A stretch of 42,524 nucleotides of DNA. It comes from an uncultured Dehalococcoidales bacterium (GTDB lineage Bacteria > Chloroflexota > Dehalococcoidia > Dehalococcoidales > GCA-2688105). Numbering within the stretch: position 1 is the stretch's first letter; each line of letters opens with the position of its first letter. Under the pieces are notes generated by a model that was not told where the DNA came from, made no database searches, and was given only the letters and a program-made list of their open reading frames with translations. Below are positions 8,302-15,955 of this stretch, one piece after another. Where the stretch lies: positions 1 through 42,524 of the forward strand of contig CAZLFC010000002.1 of NCBI GenBank assembly GCA_964558705.1, written 5' to 3'. The position numbers were made by a program, and so were the translations under genes.

Positions 8302-8745
8302 CTAACCTGTCTCCTGCTCCGCAACTGTTACCTTTATTTTAGGCACTATATCCTTAGCCAACCTAATGGCTATCTCATAACTGCCGAGCTGGTGAATCGG
8401 CTCGTCCAGTTCTATCTTCCTTTTATCAACAGCGATTCCCGTGCTGCTCTCCAGCTCAGTAGCAATATCAGCGCTGGTAATCGAGCCGTGCAGTCGTTCT
8501 TTAGCCCCGGCCCGGGCTGTTAACACAATCTCTTTCCCGTCCAACTGATTGGCTAACTCAGCATACTCCTGCTCGCCTTTGGCTTCCTTACGACGTTGTG
8601 CCTCCACTATACCGGTAGCTTCCGGACTGACCGGCACAACCAGTTTCCGCGGGATAAGAAAGTTACGACCGTAGCCATCCGCCACCTCCTTCACCTCGCC
8701 CGCACTGGCTACCTTCGGTACATCCTTGATAAAGACTACTTTCAT
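8302..8745 (-). CDS. rplI: 50S ribosomal protein L9
   Basis: MKVVFIKDV...GEVKEVADGYGRNFLIPRKLV is the classic L9 N-terminus. It lies upstream of dnaB, as in many bacteria. Confidence 0.95.
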   Translation of the reverse strand: MKVVFIKDVPKVASAGEVKEVADGYGRNFLIPRKLVVPVSPEATGIVEAQRRKEAKGEQEYAELANQLDGKEIVLTARAGAKERLHGSITSADIATELESSTGIAVDKRKIELDEPIHQLGSYEIAIRLAKDIVPKIKVTVAEQETG

Positions 8746-8788
8746 AATTTTTCAACCTTTCTAACTAATTATACCGAAAAGTAATAAT

Positions 8789-9706
8789 TTATTCACTGAT
8801 AAATTGACCGGCGTATATGGCCGCCGTAGCCCCATCTCCCGCCGCCGCTATAACCTGTCGCGGCGAATTATGGCGTATATCGCCGGCGGCAAAAACACCG
8901 GGCACCGCCGTCTCCATCTTTTCATTGGTGATAATATAACCGGCTTCATCCAGCGGTAAAACACCCTTTAGATAGTCGGTATCAGGCTTAAGCCCGATAG
9001 AGACAAAGACCCCATCTATCTCAATGGCAGAGTCCTGGCCTGTTTTCACATTCTTCAGCCTGACTCTCTCCACGGAGTCGCCGCCTTCAATTTCCTCAAT
9101 TACGGTATCCCACAGGAACTCTATTTTGGGCTCAGCGAAGGCTTTTCTCTGTACGACAGGAGTAGCCCGAAGCTCCCGGCGACGGTGTATCACGGTGACC
9201 TTAGAGGCGAATTTAGCCAGGTGGAGAGCCTCGGTAACGGCGGCATTACCGCCTCCGACGACAGCTATCGACTTACCGCGGAAGAAAAAGGCGTCACAGG
9301 TGGCGCAGTAGGACACCCCTCTACCGGTAAACTTCTTCTCCCCGGGTACATTCAGCTTCTGCCGAATGGAGCCACCGGCAATAATCAAGGCCCGGGCAGC
9401 GAAATCGCCGCCGGTGGTCTTGACCACTTTTCGCTCCTTTTTAAGCTCAAGACCGGTAACCTCAGCGGTGATGATTTCCAGCCCGTATTTCGTTGCCTGC
9501 TGACTCATCAGGTTCCCCAACTCAATACCGCCAACGCCATCAGGGAAACCGGGGTAGTTGTCCACCCACTCGGCATTGGCTATCTGTCCACCCACCAGAC
9601 CCTTTTCCACCAGCAGGCTCTTTAGCGCCGCCCTGGCTGTGTAAAGTCCAGCCGTAAGCCCCGCAGGACCGCCACCAATGATAACCACCTCATATTCTTC
9701 AGCCAT
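8789..9706 (-). CDS. trxB: Thioredoxin-disulfide reductase
   Basis: FAD motif GGGPAG, redox-active CATCD, NADPH motif GGGNAA, and C-terminal GD motif. Confidence 0.93.
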   Translation of the reverse strand: MAEEYEVVIIGGGPAGLTAGLYTARAALKSLLVEKGLVGGQIANAEWVDNYPGFPDGVGGIELGNLMSQQATKYGLEIITAEVTGLELKKERKVVKTTGGDFAARALIIAGGSIRQKLNVPGEKKFTGRGVSYCATCDAFFFRGKSIAVVGGGNAAVTEALHLAKFASKVTVIHRRRELRATPVVQRKAFAEPKIEFLWDTVIEEIEGGDSVERVRLKNVKTGQDSAIEIDGVFVSIGLKPDTDYLKGVLPLDEAGYIITNEKMETAVPGVFAAGDIRHNSPRQVIAAAGDGATAAIYAGQFISE

Positions 9707-9740
9707 AATTCAATTCCTCATACCCTCTTTAATTCGTAAT

Positions 9741-10709
9741 TTAGCTCGTGGGGCTTCCCTCCCACAGGTCGCAGCGTCCTCCCCACCGGGCCAGAACCCG
9801 ACCATTAATTGCGAGCTGAGCTATTTCACAGCAGTTGGGACAGGCTTTACACTCGAAGGAAGAGGTATGATAATCTATTTCACTTACGCTAAACCCCTTA
9901 AACTGACTGCCGTTGGTGCTTCTCTCCATCTCCTCGTGCACCAGCAAGGCAGCGCCTATCGCCCCCATAACCTCGTGGTGGGGCAGGACAATAACTTCGG
10001 TATCAAGCTCTTCCTGAATTGCCCTCACTATACCCTGATTAAAGGCAACCCCTCCCTGAAACACTATGGGCGGCTTGATATTCTTGCCCAGACCGACATT
10101 ATTAAGATAGTTACGCACCAACGCCTGGCAAAGTCCGTAGATAATATCCTCAACACGATGCCCCATCTGCTGCTTATGCACCATATCCGATTCGGCAAAG
10201 ACGGTGCAGCGTCCCGCGATACGCACCGATGTATTACTATCCAGCGCCCGCTGTGCAAATTCCTCAATACTCATATTGAGGCGCAGCGCCTGATGGTCAA
10301 GAAAGCTGCCGGTGCCAGCGGCACATACGGTGTTCATACCGAAGTCAACTACCACTCCGTCCCTGATAATGATAATCTTGCTATCCTGTCCCCCAATTTC
10401 AATGATGGTCTGGACTTCAGGCACATATTGCAGGGTAGCCACCGCATGGCTGGTAATCTCATTCTTGACCAGGTCAGCGCCAACGATAACCCCGGTCAGG
10501 TAACGAGCGCTTCCCGTAGTCGCCACACCGCGAATGTAAACATCCCGCGGTAATCGCGACTCTATATGCCTCAGTCCCTGCTGCACCATATCAATCGGCT
10601 TGCCCTGGGTCGGCAAGTAAACATGGGCAACCAGTTCATCACTGTCATCAAGCACCGCCAGCTTGGTGGTTACCGAGCCAACATCTATACCTAAATAAGC
10701 TTCCATCAT
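9741..10709 (-). CDS. BadF/BadG/BcrA/BcrD-type ATPase (HgdC-like [4Fe-4S] activase) with a C-terminal Cys-rich tail
   Basis: ASKHA phosphate-1 motif GIDVGSVTTK. The two cluster-bridging Cys contexts are present (VCAAGTGSFL, RCTVFAESD). Extra CKACPNCC...C tail. Start overlaps the upstream stop (ATGA). Confidence 0.85.
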   Translation of the reverse strand: MMEAYLGIDVGSVTTKLAVLDDSDELVAHVYLPTQGKPIDMVQQGLRHIESRLPRDVYIRGVATTGSARYLTGVIVGADLVKNEITSHAVATLQYVPEVQTIIEIGGQDSKIIIIRDGVVVDFGMNTVCAAGTGSFLDHQALRLNMSIEEFAQRALDSNTSVRIAGRCTVFAESDMVHKQQMGHRVEDIIYGLCQALVRNYLNNVGLGKNIKPPIVFQGGVAFNQGIVRAIQEELDTEVIVLPHHEVMGAIGAALLVHEEMERSTNGSQFKGFSVSEIDYHTSSFECKACPNCCEIAQLAINGRVLARWGGRCDLWEGSPTS

Positions 10710-11803
10710 ACGGCTACCCGCTGTCGTTTATTACCCACTCTTCGCTTGCGTTCCAAGAGGTCAACAAAAGCCTCAAGTCTGGTTAACATGCCAGGCTTGG
10801 CCAGTTGTTCATCACAGAGCATGGTCAGCACCGGGATATTCTCCCTGGTTGACGGCATGATATTTTGTGCCACTATTTCCGGCATACAGGTAAACGGAGC
10901 CAAGTGCACTATACCATCATACTCTTTAGCATGGAGCACCTTTTCTCCCACCGATTCCCAGCCATCACCGCCAACGTCCCGTTTAAGATAAGGTAGCGCT
11001 GCTTTATGAATCTTCTTCGTATCATCTATGCCCAGCGGATTGAGGAACAGGCTGTACTTAACCCAATCCGAGATAAAGGTTCTTCGCCTCACCTCCACCC
11101 CCAGCTTACCCAGCTCATTCTCTACATCCAGGTTAGAGAAGGGCTCCAGCAAAACATAAAACTCTCCGGTAATACCCACTATCAACGGTTGTGCCGAGGT
11201 ATCTCTGGGCACCCGGTTAAGCCGGTCAATGTAGTCTGTTTCCACCTTCCTCAAAGCATCATAATCATCAGTCTGCTCAATGTCCTTAATCGCCTGGTTA
11301 AGTAATTTGCTGGCTGTCCCCTTTTCCAGCTCTACCGCCCTCACCTTCTGCACCAGTCGCTCTATTTTATCCGCAGTACCCAGTTTCGCCACACCAAAGC
11401 GAAAAGCCGAGATAATCTTGGGCCAGCTTTCCCCATTGGTCAACTGCCTTATCGTCTGCAGAAAGCCAAGAAGCTTGTTTTCGGAAATACCGAATTGAAC
11501 CAGCTCGACATCATAGCCCAGGTCATGGAGAATCTGTTTCTGTATCTTGGCGTAGTAGCCCAAACGGCAAATACCGGAGCCGCTCACCATCAGCATAGTG
11601 TCGGCTCCCATCTCAGCCACCTCGATTAGATTACCCAGCGTCAGCTTGAACGGGATACAAAGCCCTTCCGGAGAATACTTGACACCCAGTGATAGAGCCC
11701 GCTGGTTACAGGCCGGTGGTACTATCAACTCACCACCCAGCCTGTCGGCCATGGCCTTAATACCTATATAAAGATTGCCGAGATGAGGCATGCCTACCAG
11801 CAT
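10706..11803 (-). CDS. DUF2229-type protein (activase-associated, BCR/HAD-related component)
   Basis: The motif pattern (GLCIPFKLTLGN, SGICRLGYY, FTCMPEI) resembles the C-terminal domains of large proteins annotated as 'CoA-substrate-specific enzyme activase'. Overlaps neighbours by 10 and 4 nt. Confidence 0.7.
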   Translation of the reverse strand: MLVGMPHLGNLYIGIKAMADRLGGELIVPPACNQRALSLGVKYSPEGLCIPFKLTLGNLIEVAEMGADTMLMVSGSGICRLGYYAKIQKQILHDLGYDVELVQFGISENKLLGFLQTIRQLTNGESWPKIISAFRFGVAKLGTADKIERLVQKVRAVELEKGTASKLLNQAIKDIEQTDDYDALRKVETDYIDRLNRVPRDTSAQPLIVGITGEFYVLLEPFSNLDVENELGKLGVEVRRRTFISDWVKYSLFLNPLGIDDTKKIHKAALPYLKRDVGGDGWESVGEKVLHAKEYDGIVHLAPFTCMPEIVAQNIMPSTRENIPVLTMLCDEQLAKPGMLTRLEAFVDLLERKRRVGNKRQRVAV

Positions 11804-12795
11804 ACTGCCACCTGCTTCCTTTTTCTTATAGCTACCATATCGAGAAATGCTTCCAGTCGGGTGACTACCCCGGTTTCAGCAGTGTGCTCTTCCACGGTAA
11901 GGCTCATAAAAGGTGTGGTCATCAACCGGGCCGACTGCCGCCGCACCATATCCATCATTAAGGAATCGGGGCCGCAACCAAAAGCCATTATGCCGATAAC
12001 ACCGTCAACACCTCTCTCCAGATAATACCCCCCGGCGCCCACTACTTCCTCCTCATAAGTCCAGTGCTCCCGGCTGGTTAAACGAGTGGTGGCTGCTTCC
12101 AGCTCACTTTTAACAATCATCTCCGGCGTAAACACTTGATAATGAGCCTTCTCCAGCCAGTGAACCAGACGATGACTGATATGTTCATCATAAAGGAGAT
12201 ACGGATGACCGATGAGAGCAATAGTTCCCTGAGACAGGCCGTTGGCAAATGTTTCCGGTTCTACCTCAGGTGTGCCCGAGAATCGTTCTATTGCCCGCGG
12301 GGAGGTTAATTTACAGTCGGACATCAACTGCCGATAATCCAAGTGTGCTTGCCAGGCATTCATGCTGGCTTGCCTGATTTTAAAAGGGTCCTTCGTAAAA
12401 TGTCGTCCCAAGCTGTAAATGGACTGGTACAGGGAAGGCTTCCCTTTATTTATATCTATATCCACATCCAGGATAGGAGGGGATTCGGGGATAACCGCCT
12501 TGGTCATATCGGGTAAGCCGAGAAACTTGGAACAGTTGTAAGCCTTTGTTTTCACGCTGCGGATAGCCGGAACAAAAACATAGTCGCACTGCCCTGTCAG
12601 GTGAAGAACATGCCCCAGGAACACCTTTACCGGCAGGCAGGTCTCGGATACCACTCGAGACGAACCTGCGGACAGCATAACCTGCGTGGTTGGCGGTGAG
12701 ACTACCACCTCTGCCCCCATCTGCTCAAAGAAAGTCTGCCACATCGGGTAATACTGGTAATAAAGCAGGGCTCGTGGAATGCCTATTTTAATCAT
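11794..12795 (-). CDS. DUF2229-type protein (activase-associated, BCR/HAD-related component), paralog of 10706..11803
   Basis: Starts IKIGIPRALLYYQYYPMW..., then ETCLPVKVFLGH and GCGPDS. ATGA overlap with the upstream M20 gene. Confidence 0.7.
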   Translation of the reverse strand: MIKIGIPRALLYYQYYPMWQTFFEQMGAEVVVSPPTTQVMLSAGSSRVVSETCLPVKVFLGHVLHLTGQCDYVFVPAIRSVKTKAYNCSKFLGLPDMTKAVIPESPPILDVDIDINKGKPSLYQSIYSLGRHFTKDPFKIRQASMNAWQAHLDYRQLMSDCKLTSPRAIERFSGTPEVEPETFANGLSQGTIALIGHPYLLYDEHISHRLVHWLEKAHYQVFTPEMIVKSELEAATTRLTSREHWTYEEEVVGAGGYYLERGVDGVIGIMAFGCGPDSLMMDMVRRQSARLMTTPFMSLTVEEHTAETGVVTRLEAFLDMVAIRKRKQVAVCW

Positions 12796-13964
12796 TTGCC
12801 TTGTTGAAACTCCCTTTTAACCCTACCAAGTATTTTCGGTTCAGCCACCAAGTCAACGACAGTCATGGCTAGAGCCTTAGCCGCATCAATTAAACCCTTA
12901 ATTCCCGCTGCCGAGGCAGCCGCCTGGGCAAACTGAGGAGAATGAACTATAACCTCCTCCGGAGCTATAGCTATGTGAGGATGGATGCTGGGCACTACCT
13001 GGCTGACATTACCCATATCAGTACTGCCAAAAGTTTTACTGGGGTCGGAGAGCTTAATCCGGCGTCCCAGGGTCTGCATATTTTCCCGGAACTGTCGAGC
13101 TAAGGTCAGGTTATTACGCATCGGAGCATAGCATACCTCTCCCCAGCGATATTCAAGGCGAGCCCCGGTAGCCATAGCCGCGCCTTTGAAGCAATTCAAT
13201 ACCTTTTCTTTAAGCTCATCAAGATAAGTGTAATCCTCAGCACGCACCAGAAAAGTAGCGGCGCTGTGGGCAGGTACCACATTGGCCGCTGCCCCACCAT
13301 CAGTAATAATACCGTGCAGGCGAGCTTTATCCTTAATGTGCTGTCGTAACGCATTAACACCGGCAAAGGACAGGAGCAATGCCTCCAGAGCATTGATGCC
13401 TGCCTCCGGTCGAGCTGCGGAGTGAGCCTCTTTGCCCAAGAACTCGATATACAGGTTCTGGCAGGCAAGAGCGGTGGTGGTAGCCGAATTATGCCCGCCG
13501 GGATGCACCATCATTGCCACGTCCAGATTAGCAAAGGCTCCCCGGTCAACCATCGATACCTTACCGCCGTATATCTCCTCAGCCGGCGTGCCGATAACCA
13601 GTACCGTACCCCCGAACCGGTCAACAGCCAGCTTGGAGGCTACCCCGGCGCCAACCGCACTGGTAGCTATTAAATTATGACCGCAGGCATGACCGAGCCC
13701 GGGCAGGGCATCATACTCAGCCAGAATACCGACGACCGGTTCTCCTTGCCCGTAGCTGGCTCGGAAAGCGGTGGACAACTCACAGATGCCCCGTTCTATA
13801 GAGAAACCCTTCTCCTCCAGATATTGGGTCAACCAGGCTGCTGCCTTATCCTCCTGGAAACCCAGCTCAGGGTTGGCATGAATCTTCAGACTCAGCTCAC
13901 TGAGCTCATGACGGCGAGCTTCTACCTCGTCTATAATCGAAGCCTTTGTTTTTTCTATATCCAA
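12792..13964 (-). CDS. M20-family amidohydrolase/metallopeptidase
   Basis: GHACGHNLI metal-binding motif, GTPAEE, and MVHPG. TTG start at 13964 with a GGGGGGAGAG RBS. Confidence 0.85.
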   Translation of the reverse strand: MDIEKTKASIIDEVEARRHELSELSLKIHANPELGFQEDKAAAWLTQYLEEKGFSIERGICELSTAFRASYGQGEPVVGILAEYDALPGLGHACGHNLIATSAVGAGVASKLAVDRFGGTVLVIGTPAEEIYGGKVSMVDRGAFANLDVAMMVHPGGHNSATTTALACQNLYIEFLGKEAHSAARPEAGINALEALLLSFAGVNALRQHIKDKARLHGIITDGGAAANVVPAHSAATFLVRAEDYTYLDELKEKVLNCFKGAAMATGARLEYRWGEVCYAPMRNNLTLARQFRENMQTLGRRIKLSDPSKTFGSTDMGNVSQVVPSIHPHIAIAPEEVIVHSPQFAQAAASAAGIKGLIDAAKALAMTVVDLVAEPKILGRVKREFQQGK

Positions 13965-14076
13965 ACAGCTCTCCCCCCAAGCTCTGAATTACCACCTATT
14001 ATAGTTTAAGACAACTGGGATTTCTAGGCTTTATCATAAGAACAACCGCAAGAGTTTTCCTTCATATCTGGGAATC

Positions 14077-14106
14077 TTGACAAGCCGACTAAAAATATGT
14101 TAAGTT
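14077..14106 (+). promoter_or_regulatory. Candidate promoter of the nusA-infB operon
   Basis: Perfect TTGACA (14077-14082), 18-nt spacer, and a weak -10, TAAGTT (14101-14106). The -10 is poor, so confidence is low. Confidence 0.3.
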
Positions 14107-14130
14107 TAGTTGAAAATGAGATTGAATGTT

Positions 14131-14160
14131 AAGTGGGTTTCGAACCCACTTTTTTGTTGT
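14131..14160 (+). terminator. Intrinsic terminator-like hairpin plus T-tract inside the nusA leader (candidate attenuator)
   Basis: AAGTGGGT-TTCGA-ACCCACTT forms an 8-bp stem, followed directly by the remaining TTTTGTTGT of the T-tract. It lies 43 nt upstream of the nusA ATG. There is no upstream plus-strand gene for it to terminate. Confidence 0.6.
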
Positions 14161-14202
14161 ATTTATTTTTTAGAAATAATTATTTGGAGGTCATAGGCGG
14201 GG

Positions 14203-15675
14203 ATGAAAAGCGACTTTCTACTCGCTATCACCCAACTCTCGGCTGAGAAGAATCTGCCCAAGGACGTGGTTATTGCCGCTGTAGAGGCAGCTCTCGTATC
14301 AGCTTACAGGAAAGATAATTTTGCTTCTAACCAGAATATTTCGGTAAAGATTAGTCCTACCACTGGTAAGGTCCAGGTATGGGCGGAAAAGACTATAGTT
14401 GAGAACCCCCTGGATAGTCGCCGCGAGATATCGCTGGATGAGGCACTCCGATTAAACCCAGATGCGCAGATTGATGAGACGATTGAGGTAGAGGCTACCC
14501 CGCATAATGCCGGACGTATTGCTGCTCAAACCGCCAAACAGGTCATTCTCCAGCGCCTCCACGAAGCCGAGCATAGCGCCATATTTGAAGAATACTCCGG
14601 CAAGGAAGGCGACATTATATCTGGAATAGTACAGCGTATTGAGCCCAAGCAAGTATTTGTTGACCTGGGCAGAACCGAGGCAATCCTGCCGGTCACCGAG
14701 CAAATGCAGAATGAGAGGTATCGGGTAGGACAAAGGCTCAAGGTTCACCTAACAGAGATAATACAGGGGCCTAAAGGACCCCGGGTAATAGTATCGCGCT
14801 CTCACCCGGATTTACTGCGTCGACTCTTCGAGTTGGAGGTCCCCGAGGTTTACAATGGAATAGTAGAAATAAAATCGGTTGCCCGCGAAGCCGGCAACCG
14901 GAGCAAAGTTGGTGTCGCCGCGCGCCAGGAAGGCCTCGACCCCGTTGGCTGCTGTGTTGGACTGCGCGGTATCAGAATACAGAATATCGTTAGTGAGCTA
15001 AACGGTGAAAAGATAGACGTCGTTGTCTGGGATAAAGACCCCGCGGTATTCATTGCTAAAGCTCTCAGTCCAGCCCAGATATTAAGAGTTATACTGGATG
15101 GAAAAGAGGAGGTAGCCACTGTAGTTGTCCCTGATAAACAGCTTTCGTTAGCCATTGGTAAACAGGGACAAAACGTCAGGCTTGCCGCTAAACTCACCGG
15201 ATGGCGGATAGATATTAAGAGTGCCTCTGAGGCTGAAGCCGAGGCCGAAGCTAAGCCTTTGGTCGCAGCCGAGGAGGAAGCTGAGGTTGGCGAGGAACTT
15301 GCCGAGGAAGTAACCCCCGTTCCAGAGCCAGTCCTAGAGTCCAAGCCGGCAGCAGAAGAGGCTAAGGCTGAAGAAGAAATCCCTGTAGAAATACCAACTA
15401 TTCTGGAGACACTTGAGGAAGCTGAACCGGTAAAGGAGGCAGCGGTAGAGGAAGAAGTCGAGCCCTTACCGGTTGCTTTCGAACCACAGGCAAAACCAGA
15501 AGCAACCCAGATTCGTTTTGTGGAGGATATCTGGGTCTCGGCACCAACCAAACCAGATACTAAATCAAAGAAGCGCAAAAAGAAACCCACCAAAGGCAAG
15601 GGGAGTACCGAGGACGAGTCCAAGCCTAAGAGGACCCACCGAGCAGAAGGATATTCTCTGGATGAAGAGCTTTGA
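14203..15675 (+). CDS. nusA: Transcription termination/antitermination factor NusA with a long acidic/basic C-terminal tail
   Basis: N-terminal domain, S1 and two KH domains (LSLAIGKQGQNVRLAAKLTGWRIDIKS), followed by about 150 aa of E/A/P/K low complexity. Confidence 0.95.
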   Translation: MKSDFLLAITQLSAEKNLPKDVVIAAVEAALVSAYRKDNFASNQNISVKISPTTGKVQVWAEKTIVENPLDSRREISLDEALRLNPDAQIDETIEVEATPHNAGRIAAQTAKQVILQRLHEAEHSAIFEEYSGKEGDIISGIVQRIEPKQVFVDLGRTEAILPVTEQMQNERYRVGQRLKVHLTEIIQGPKGPRVIVSRSHPDLLRRLFELEVPEVYNGIVEIKSVAREAGNRSKVGVAARQEGLDPVGCCVGLRGIRIQNIVSELNGEKIDVVVWDKDPAVFIAKALSPAQILRVILDGKEEVATVVVPDKQLSLAIGKQGQNVRLAAKLTGWRIDIKSASEAEAEAEAKPLVAAEEEAEVGEELAEEVTPVPEPVLESKPAAEEAKAEEEIPVEIPTILETLEEAEPVKEAAVEEEVEPLPVAFEPQAKPEATQIRFVEDIWVSAPTKPDTKSKKRKKKPTKGKGSTEDESKPKRTHRAEGYSLDEEL

Positions 15676-15944
15676 GCATTAAGAAGCATATACCACAGCG
15701 AACCTGTGTAGTCTGTCGTAAGATAAAGGCTAAACGAGAGTTAATTCGTCTGGTGCGCAGCACCGATGGGAGTGTAGAGGTAGATACCAGCGGTAAGAAA
15801 GCGGGGCGTGGGGCTTATCTGTGCCGGACACCAGAGTGCTGGGATGCCCTGCTGAAGAGTGGTCGATTAGAGCATGCGCTACGGACAACTCTTACTCAGG
15901 AAAATCGAGAGCAGCTTATTGAATGTGGCAAAAATTCTCCATAA
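15672..15944 (+). CDS. ylxR: YlxR/RnpM-family (DUF448) RNA-binding protein
   Basis: RTCVVCRKIKAKRELIRLV...GRGAYLC signature. TTG start overlaps the nusA stop. It occupies the canonical position between nusA and infB. Confidence 0.85.
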   Translation: MSIKKHIPQRTCVVCRKIKAKRELIRLVRSTDGSVEVDTSGKKAGRGAYLCRTPECWDALLKSGRLEHALRTTLTQENREQLIECGKNSP

Positions 15945-15955
15945 GGAGTTAATAA

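Noticed and set aside
9678-10553. 291-aa plus-strand ORF
   Set aside because: It lies entirely antisense to the well-supported BcrA/HgdC-type ATPase gene. It has no recognisable motifs and no RBS.
14850-15689. 279-aa minus-strand ORF, rich in Ser/Ala/Thr/Gly
   Set aside because: It is a shadow ORF antisense to the codon-repetitive E/A/K-rich tail and KH region of nusA. It is low-complexity, has no RBS, and the opposite strand encodes an unmistakable NusA.
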